The position numbers were made by a program, and so were the translations under genes. A DNA stretch of 62,180 nucleotides, the filler included. It is 5 parts of 5 records of this genome, joined end to end, with 100 filler letters (N's around TTAATTAATTAA, not from the genome) between each part and the next. Parts side by side here need not be neighbours in the genome. Positions count along the whole stretch, not along the records: positions 6,829 to 37,909 come from SRR31156797_27653; 4 more parts are not named here. One strand, 5' to 3'. The notes under the pieces are model-generated. The model searched no databases, was not told the DNA's origin, and saw only the letters and a program-made list of their open reading frames with translations. Positions 9,193 through 17,100 of the stretch are shown here, in pieces (the stretch's first letter is position 1; every line of letters starts with the position of its first letter).

Positions 9193-10209
9193 ATGAAAAA
9201 GACAATATTTCACATGGTTCTTCTTTTGGGCTTAGGGTGCTTTATGGCCCTCCATTCACCTGTGTCCGCAGGGAAAAAGCCCGAATATCTGATCAAATTT
9301 GCCACGGTGGCCCCGGAAGGGAGTACCTGGGTCAAACAGATTCGAAAGGTCGATAAAGAGCTCAGGGAAAAAAGCGGCGGCCGGTTGGGCCTTGCCATTT
9401 ATGCCGGCGGTATCGCAGGCGATGAACTGGACGTCCTCAAGAAAATGAGGATCGGCCAGATTCAGTGTGCGGCTTTTTCAGGGGTCGGTTTTGGAAAAAT
9501 TCTGCCCATGGTCCGGGTGCTGGATCTTCCCTATCTTTTCAGAAATGACCAGGAGGTGGACCAGGTTCACGGGGAGCTCTTTACCTTTTTTGCAGACCAG
9601 TTTAAAAAAAAAGGGTTCACGCTTCTGGCCTGGACCGAGGTGGGGGATGTCAATATCTTCTCCAGGAAATCCATCGGCAGTCTGAACGATCTCAAGGGTC
9701 TCAAAATATGGGCCTGGGCCGGTGACCCCATTGCAAAGGAGACGTTTGTCACCATGGGGGTCAACCCCATCCCGCTGCCCGTTACCGATGTGAACACGGC
9801 GCTGAACACGGGGATGATCGACACGGTCTATGCACCGCCACTGGGGGCACTGGCCCTTCAATGGCACGCCAAACTGTCATATATGATGGGTCTCCCCCTG
9901 GTTCATTCAACCGGCGCCATATTGCTCTCCTCAAGATATTATAAAAAATTGCCGCCGGATTTGGCCGCCCTGCTTCAGAAAACCATGAAAAAAGCCATGG
10001 CCGACCTCACGGAGACACTGCGGAGGCAAAGAGAAGAAGCCGTGCAGGTGATCCGGGAGAGCGGCATTACCGTCATTCCCGTTGAGGGAGAGGCCCGTAA
10101 ACCTTTTTACGCCATTCACACGGAAGTGGCACGAAAACTGGCCGGCAAAATCTACCCTGAAAAACTCCTGTTAAGGGTTTATGAAATTTTAAACAGGCCC
10201 GGTTCCTGA
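9193..10209 (+). CDS. dctP: TRAP transporter substrate-binding protein (DctP/TatP)
   Basis: IKFATVAPEGSTW, YAGGIAGDELDVLKKMRIGQI, ALNTGMIDTVY, ALALQW. Confidence 0.9.
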   Translation: MKKTIFHMVLLLGLGCFMALHSPVSAGKKPEYLIKFATVAPEGSTWVKQIRKVDKELREKSGGRLGLAIYAGGIAGDELDVLKKMRIGQIQCAAFSGVGFGKILPMVRVLDLPYLFRNDQEVDQVHGELFTFFADQFKKKGFTLLAWTEVGDVNIFSRKSIGSLNDLKGLKIWAWAGDPIAKETFVTMGVNPIPLPVTDVNTALNTGMIDTVYAPPLGALALQWHAKLSYMMGLPLVHSTGAILLSSRYYKKLPPDLAALLQKTMKKAMADLTETLRRQREEAVQVIRESGITVIPVEGEARKPFYAIHTEVARKLAGKIYPEKLLLRVYEILNRPGS

Positions 10210-10227
10210 CAGGGATTGCTCTGGGAA

Positions 10228-10761
10228 ATGCCCATGAAGACACTCGAATGCATCGACCGGGCCCTGGCAAAGATTGAAGGGTGGCTGATCATCTTGTTGC
10301 TCTGGACAATGGTGGTGCTGACATTTGTTCAGGTGGGCCTCAGAAGTCTTTATACCCACGGCCATTTTTTCTGGGCCAATGAAATGCTGGGGGATCTGGA
10401 TTGGTCAGGCCCCTTGGTCCAACTGCTGGTTCTGTGGCTAACTTTCCTGGGATCATCACGCCTTACCAGGACAGGAAAACACATCAAAATAGACCTGTTT
10501 TCAACCCTTCTGCCACCCAAATGGCTTCCGCTCAGAGGGTTTATCCTGGCGGTGGTCTCGCTGTTCATCATCGGCATCATGATTAATGTATGTATCGATT
10601 ATGTGATGATGGAGATGGAATTCGGGGGCACCAGCCTCTTTTATCTCCCCAGTTGGGTGGGACAAATGATCCTGCCCATCGGATTCACGCTGCTGTTTTT
10701 TCGTTTCCTGGTCAAAGCCATCAATCAAGGGACACAGGTGTTTAGAGGCCTTTCAAAATGA
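10228..10761 (+). CDS. dctQ: TRAP transporter small permease
   Basis: About four TM helices, LVLWLTFLG...HIKIDL motif; located between dctP and dctM. Confidence 0.85.
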   Translation: MPMKTLECIDRALAKIEGWLIILLLWTMVVLTFVQVGLRSLYTHGHFFWANEMLGDLDWSGPLVQLLVLWLTFLGSSRLTRTGKHIKIDLFSTLLPPKWLPLRGFILAVVSLFIIGIMINVCIDYVMMEMEFGGTSLFYLPSWVGQMILPIGFTLLFFRFLVKAINQGTQVFRGLSK

Positions 10762-12032
10762 TTCTCACCATGGTGATCGTCCTTATTTTGTGTATCATCC
10801 TGGGCCTGCCGCTCTTTTTAGGCATCCTGGCGGCCGCCATGCTTGGTTTTCTCGCCACGGATGTCCCCTTCGGGGTGATCCCCATCGAAATCTTCAGGCT
10901 GGCCAACACACCCATCCTTCTGGCAATCCCCCTGTTCACCTTTGCCGGATACCTTCTCGCCCAAGGGGGAACTTCCGCCCGTCTGGTCAATTTTTCCAGG
11001 AGTCTTTTCGGGTGGATACCCGGGGGTCTCGGTGTCGTTGCCCTGGTTTCCTGCGCTTTTTTCACCGCCATCACCGGTGCCACCGGCATCACCATCATTG
11101 CCCTGGGGGGACTTCTTTTTCCAGCGCTCCTCTCTGATAATTACAGCAAAAACTTCTCCCTGGGGTTGATGACCACTTCCGGAAGCCTGGGGCTCCATTT
11201 TCCCCCAAGTCTGCCCATTATCCTCTACGGCTTTATTTCAGGGGTCAGCATTGAACAGCTGTTCATGGCAGGCCTTTTACCGGGGACCCTGATGGTGGGG
11301 ATTCTTTGCCTTTTTTCCGTTTACATGGGGCGAAAATGGCGTATCGCGCGACCACCATTTTCAGGTCATGCATTCTGGTCGGCGTTAAAGGGAGCGGCAT
11401 GGGAGTTGCCCATTCCCATCCTGATCCTGGGGGGAATCTATTCCGGGTTCTGCACGGCCACGGAAGCGGCGGCACTGACGGTGGTTTATGTACTACTGGT
11501 CAAAACGGTGGTGTTCCGAGAGCTAAACCTCATCAGAGATTTGCCGGAAATCATGAAGGAAAGCATGCAAATGGTGGGGGGGATCATGATTATTTTGGGG
11601 GCGGCCCTCGCATTCACCAATTATCTGGTGGACGCCTTTATTCCCATGAAGATACTGGCGTTTATGGAAGGTCTGGTGGAAACCAAAATCGGTTTTCTCA
11701 TGGCCCTCAATGTTTTCCTCATCCTGGTGGGTTGCATGATGGACATTTTCAGTGCCATTCTGGTGGTGGTTCCCCTGATTGTTCCCCTTGCCGATCGGTT
11801 CGGGGTTGATCCGGTCCACCTGGGCATCATCTTTCTGGCCAACCTGGCCATCGGCTACAACACCCCCCCCGTGGGCCTGAACCTGTTCATTGCCAGTTCC
11901 CGGTTCGATCAGCCGGTGGTACGATTGTACAAGGCCACCCTCCCCTTTCTGCTGCTGCTGCTCTTTACCCTGCTTCTCATCACCTACTGGCCCGGACTCA
12001 GCCTTTTTCTGCCCAACTTGATGTCCTCCTGA
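10758..12032 (+). CDS. dctM: TRAP transporter large permease
   Basis: LLAIPLFTFAGYLL, GSLGLHFPPSLPIILY, TATEAAA, GVDPVHLGII, TPPVGLNLF. Confidence 0.92.
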   Translation: MILTMVIVLILCIILGLPLFLGILAAAMLGFLATDVPFGVIPIEIFRLANTPILLAIPLFTFAGYLLAQGGTSARLVNFSRSLFGWIPGGLGVVALVSCAFFTAITGATGITIIALGGLLFPALLSDNYSKNFSLGLMTTSGSLGLHFPPSLPIILYGFISGVSIEQLFMAGLLPGTLMVGILCLFSVYMGRKWRIARPPFSGHAFWSALKGAAWELPIPILILGGIYSGFCTATEAAALTVVYVLLVKTVVFRELNLIRDLPEIMKESMQMVGGIMIILGAALAFTNYLVDAFIPMKILAFMEGLVETKIGFLMALNVFLILVGCMMDIFSAILVVVPLIVPLADRFGVDPVHLGIIFLANLAIGYNTPPVGLNLFIASSRFDQPVVRLYKATLPFLLLLLFTLLLITYWPGLSLFLPNLMSS

Positions 12033-12107
12033 ATGGAAAATGACAAATTGGATCACAACTGTTGCCAGCCAGCTTTTTTAGAGTTCGCTTTCTCCTCACT
12101 TTCTGGT

Positions 12108-14141
12108 CTATTCAGGCTTAATGCTAAGCATTTGCAACTTAAGCGACCCTTTTGTGGATCTTGGTGCGGTTCTAAGAATAGTGGTGTTGGGGGTCTGATC
12201 TGCAAATGTTGAATCCCAGCCGCCCATAAGTGTCAAAGATTTTGACTCACCCAGTGAAATGCTTTCAGAGTAGGTTCCCTGTGCAATTTTTATGGCCGTT
12301 CCTGTCTCCGCGGCGTCTATTGCCTCCTGGATGGTGGTAAAGCACAGCGTGTTGCCTCCACAGGTCTCATCGTCTTTATTCACGTATATGACTGAATTAA
12401 GACACGTGGCTGTTGTCTGCGAGCCCAGATTTGTCCAATCCGTTTCAATTCCGTCTCCGTTTCTCGCTTTGACTCTGTAAACATACGTTTTTTCACATTC
12501 CAAATTCTGGTTTTTCCAGCTGAGTTCCTCGGTCCAACCGGAATTCTTGTTGTTTGTCGTGTTTTCACAGTAATAATATGTGGTTTCCGGGTTCTCGTTG
12601 GCTTTCCAGTTGGCCTGAATAGCTGTTTCCGTGACGTTTGAAAAAGCGGATGTCCCGGCCGCATTTGCATATGTATATTTATAGACCGTGGGTGATGAGA
12701 AAGATGTTTCCGAGGGGCTGGCAGCTGAATTGCGTGCTTTCACCCTGTAGCCGTATTGATGATTGGGCTTAAGACCTCCGTCGGCATAGGAAGTGGAGGC
12801 CTGCCAATCTGAGTCTGAGCCGCCTGTGCCACCAGTGGGACTATCAACGAAATCAAAGAAGTAGGTAACCGGCGGATTGGTATTGTCCCTGGCCGTAGTC
12901 GCTGTCATGGAGATGCTTGTGGACGTCGTGGCATTGGGTTCCGAGGCCCAAGTCATGGGATTTGGGTCAGGCGGGTCTGTATTTTGAACCGTGATAGTGC
13001 CGGAGGCCGTGGAAGCAAGTCCACCTTTTTCTGCCTGGATTTGGGCGCTACCCAGAGCATTTCCCGTGAATGTGGCGCTTTTGCTGTCACCGGCCGGGAC
13101 CAGATCCGAATCTTGTACGCCGCCCTGTTTTGCTTTTAAGCTCCATGCATCAGCCGCTACGTTCCCAATAAAGTTGCCGACAGCATCTCGGGATATGGCG
13201 TAGGCCGTCACCTTTTCACCAACCACAAGGGTTTGGTCAGGGATCACGGTGCCATTCCCATCGCCGGACGGCTCCACCCGAATAATGGCTTCGGGTCCGA
13301 CCTGGACTACAATCTCGTCGGAGTTTGGGGAAGCCGTAAGTCCTGTGGCTGAACCAGCGATTGTGATGCTGCTTGCGGCGTTACATTTGATATCCGTAAA
13401 GCTTGCCAGCCCGGCACCCGCCCCTTTCACCGAGGTGCCTTCCAGGCTTCCGGATGACGGTGTAACCGTTACTTCATCCGTGTCCGCAGTGCGATTACCA
13501 TAAAGGTCTGCGATTTCGATACTGAATTCCGGCCATACCGATCCGGCCTGCACCGGGCTGGATGGGTTCTTAACCCACAGAAGCTTGTTTTTTTCACTGG
13601 GAAAGACGGTTATGTCCAGGTCGTCTTCGTCAGGGGTGGTCACCGATCCTTCAGTGGCTTTGACATGGGCATTCTCAGCCTTGTAGAGCTTTAAATTGCT
13701 GGAGGAGGTGCCGCTTGAAAAGTTCAGGATCGTGTTGGCCCCAAACGCCACGTCAGTACCGCTTTTGTCCGCGCAGGTGGGTTCATGCGGGTTGGGCGAT
13801 GCTGATGCCCCCGAAAACACGAGAGTCTTATCGCCACTATAACTGGAAATCGTATTGCCGGAGACATCGCAGGCCGTGATTGTAATTTCTTGCTGTCCTC
13901 CTGCCTGCATGGTGGATGATCCAGTAATCTTGAAATGATGGGCACCGGCTCCATTGGCCCTATAGCGGGTCATGTTTCCGGCTGAATCATATGAATATTC
14001 CAAAGAGGAAGAATCTTCATACGCCACTTTTGTGAGTCTGTTCAAACTGTCATATGTGTACTGGATGGTTCCTGCATCTGCCGACAGCGGCAGAAAAGAT
14101 ACCAACAAAAGGAGGAATGAAATCTTGATGAACCAAAACAT
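12108..14141 (-). CDS. Secreted protein: signal peptide + single YD/RHS hairpin + several Ig-like and FN3-like domains + short C-terminal domain
   Basis: MFWFIKISFLLLLVSFLPLSADA|GTIQYTYDSLNRLTKVAYEDSSSLEYSYDSAGN; two FN3-like Y-x-YRVKARN motifs. The start may instead be at 14210 or 14216, overlapping the RHS stop. Confidence 0.8.
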   Translation of the reverse strand: MFWFIKISFLLLLVSFLPLSADAGTIQYTYDSLNRLTKVAYEDSSSLEYSYDSAGNMTRYRANGAGAHHFKITGSSTMQAGGQQEITITACDVSGNTISSYSGDKTLVFSGASASPNPHEPTCADKSGTDVAFGANTILNFSSGTSSSNLKLYKAENAHVKATEGSVTTPDEDDLDITVFPSEKNKLLWVKNPSSPVQAGSVWPEFSIEIADLYGNRTADTDEVTVTPSSGSLEGTSVKGAGAGLASFTDIKCNAASSITIAGSATGLTASPNSDEIVVQVGPEAIIRVEPSGDGNGTVIPDQTLVVGEKVTAYAISRDAVGNFIGNVAADAWSLKAKQGGVQDSDLVPAGDSKSATFTGNALGSAQIQAEKGGLASTASGTITVQNTDPPDPNPMTWASEPNATTSTSISMTATTARDNTNPPVTYFFDFVDSPTGGTGGSDSDWQASTSYADGGLKPNHQYGYRVKARNSAASPSETSFSSPTVYKYTYANAAGTSAFSNVTETAIQANWKANENPETTYYYCENTTNNKNSGWTEELSWKNQNLECEKTYVYRVKARNGDGIETDWTNLGSQTTATCLNSVIYVNKDDETCGGNTLCFTTIQEAIDAAETGTAIKIAQGTYSESISLGESKSLTLMGGWDSTFADQTPNTTILRTAPRSTKGSLKLQMLSIKPE

Positions 14142-14199
14142 TCTTTCGCCAAAAACAACAGCAATCGCGTAATTAACCGAGGCAAAAGACTGTCTGCAA

Positions 14200-17100
14200 T
14201 CAGTTCGCATAGACACCCCGGCGGTTTACGTTGAGGGAGTTTACATTCGGAATTTCACTTAAGTCTTTTACCAGCACGGAGTATTTGCTGAGCGTCTGGG
14301 TAAAACTCCTGTACAAGTTGCCGGCATTGTGTCTGATGTCCATTAGCATTTTATCTTTTTCTGAGGTCCTGTATCGCGTCTGAGAACGTGCGGCCACTTC
14401 CCTGTAGATTCTGCTTTCAATGTAAGACCGAGCCTGATTGTTGATAACGTTGGAATTCAAAAGTTTCGAGAATTCACTCATGTAATAGCTGCTTGCATAA
14501 CTAAAGACTAGAGAACGATCGATTCTTTTAGAAGTACCTGATTCTTTGTTTTCTTTCGGTTGGGAAGCGTTAGTATCTGATAGGCTTTCCTTCAGGGTTG
14601 TCTTCGTAATTTGGGGCACTGGAAAATGAAACTCAGAGGATCTTGCCATTGCAGACGTTCTGTTGGAGGTTGTTATTAATTCACATCCATCGCAATCATT
14701 ATCGGGATCACCGCCAATTTCTAAATTGTTGTCTGAATTGTTGCTATCTAAGCCTGATCCTTTTTTATAATAATCGAGAGTTTTAAAAGCCCTTTTTAAA
14801 TTATCGGGATGCCTAAAAATTTCGGATAGCGGTGTAACTATACTCAATGCACTGATTTGAAGTCCTTTTTTGCTAAATGCTTCCTTTTTCATCTCTTCTG
14901 ATCCGACGAGTGCAGTAATTAATGGAGGACCCCATATAGCAGCCGTAAATGCAGCAACTCCAATTATTATAACAGCAAGAGCTATCTCTCCATTAGGATC
15001 AATGGCACTGTTAGGGTTATTATTGGCATATGAGTAGAGATTTAATCTTTGAGAATTATTTATGCCTCCGAAAATTGGATCAAAACTCAAAAAGCGCTTT
15101 ATTCCAGGATCATAATACCTTGCCCGCATAAAATAGAGTCCATTGGGCTCAGCCATTACCCCGTACTTGCCTACATAGGTGAAAGGGTTTTCGTAAACCC
15201 CTTCGCTTCTTGCCGCTTCTCCGAAAGGCAGATAGGCATACTGATCCGTTATGTTTCCGGAATGATCAGTCAAAGCCACAGTGCTCCCGACGGTATCGTA
15301 ATGGTAATAAACGGGTATTCCAGTTGAGGCGTCGATGCTGTAAAGGAGACCATCGCCATGAACAAAATACTTGCTTATGTTGTTACTGCCGTCCATTTCG
15401 GCCAGGATGTTTTCCATCCCGGCGTTTAGATCCAGCAGATATCGGGTCTCCACACCGTCCCGCGTGGCTTTCAACCGGTGCCCGTCGCTGTTGTAGCCAT
15501 ATTCCTGAACATGGGTTCCGTCGCTCACTCTCGTCAGCATGTTCCGGTAATCATAGGCATATTGGGTTGTGATTTCCCCGTCTTTTCTGCTGATTCTATT
15601 CCCTTTGCCGTCATAGACAAACGTTGTGTCGTTCGCGGAAAGCAACTGATTTCCTTCATCATGAGCAAAGGCCACATCTGCCGCTTCAACCGTCGGTGAC
15701 AACGGTTGCGTCGCGGTCATAGCGGTACGGTTTCCGTTTTCATCGAGGGTCATGTCATAGCTGGCGATGACATCTCCATTGGGGTCCCTGTCCACTTTTG
15801 AAACAAGCCTTCCGGCATCATCGTAAGTGTAATGAACGGTTGCGCCGTTTCCCATATCGGTTTGAATCAATCTTCCAGACTGGTCGTATTGATAGGAGGT
15901 CTGGACATAATTCCAGTCCTGCACCGTGCTCAAACGATCGAGTTTGTCGTAGCTGTAGGTGACTTTCCTGTTGGCCCCCGGATACTGTATTACAGTCCTG
16001 TTTCCATTGGGGTCATACATGTAACCGATGGTTTTTCCGAATATATCGGCTACGCTTGAGAGGGCATCCCGGTTATTGTAGGCATAACTTGTAGTCCCCA
16101 TTGAATCTGTCACGGTCAGACGATTGCCATTGGCGTCGTATTGATAGCTGGACACAACCGTACCGGCGTCCGGATAGCTCAACGTTTTAAAGCGGTTGTT
16201 GGCATCGTAGGTATAGGTGCGGGTGGACGTGCCATCCGGTTCAACCAGCGCAATCAGATTGCCCACCGGGTCGTAATGCATTTGCTTTGTGTTGCCCAGG
16301 GGATCCGTCACCTGTATCAGACGATTCAGTTTGTCGTAGGTATAATTCGTCACATTTCCACGGGTGTCGGTTAAGGATGTGCGATTTCCCAAGGCATCAT
16401 AGGTGGCTTCGACGGTCCCGGACGCCGTATCCGTCACCTTTATCAACCGACCCAACGCATCATATTCATAAAGTGTTTCGTTCCCCTTAGGATCCGTCAC
16501 TTTCACAAGACGGCCCAATTTGTCGTATGTGCTGGTTGTCACATGGTTCAAGGGATCGGTCGTGGATACCAGTCGGTTAAGAATATCGTATGCATAGCGG
16601 GTCGTCTTGCCTGTTGGATCGGTCGTGGTCAGAAGGTTTCCGTTTTCATCATATGTCCGGCTTGTAAAATCTCCAAAAGGGTTCGTAACCTTTGTCAAGC
16701 GATTCAGGTCATCATATTTGAAGGTAGTTGTATAACCGTTTGCATCCGTTGCTGAAATAAGATTGCCATTGGCATCGTATTGATTTCTCACCACATTGCC
16801 GTCCGCATCCCGCTGTTGAATAACGTTTCCCGCCTCGTCATACACCACGGAGGTCACTTTTCCGCGCCGATTGGTCACGTCCGTGCGTCGGTCCATTGAA
16901 TCATAGGTGTAGGTTTCCGTTTCGTTTAAGGGCGTGGTTTCGCTTATAAGACGGTTTTTCGCATCGTACCCGAAGGTGGTGCTATTCCCGTTGGCGTCTG
17001 TATGCTCGGTCTTATTCCCGTTATCATCATAGGTGAAAGAGACGGTGCCTCCGAGGGCGTCGACAACTGACGTCAGGCGATTCAAACTGTCGTACTCATA

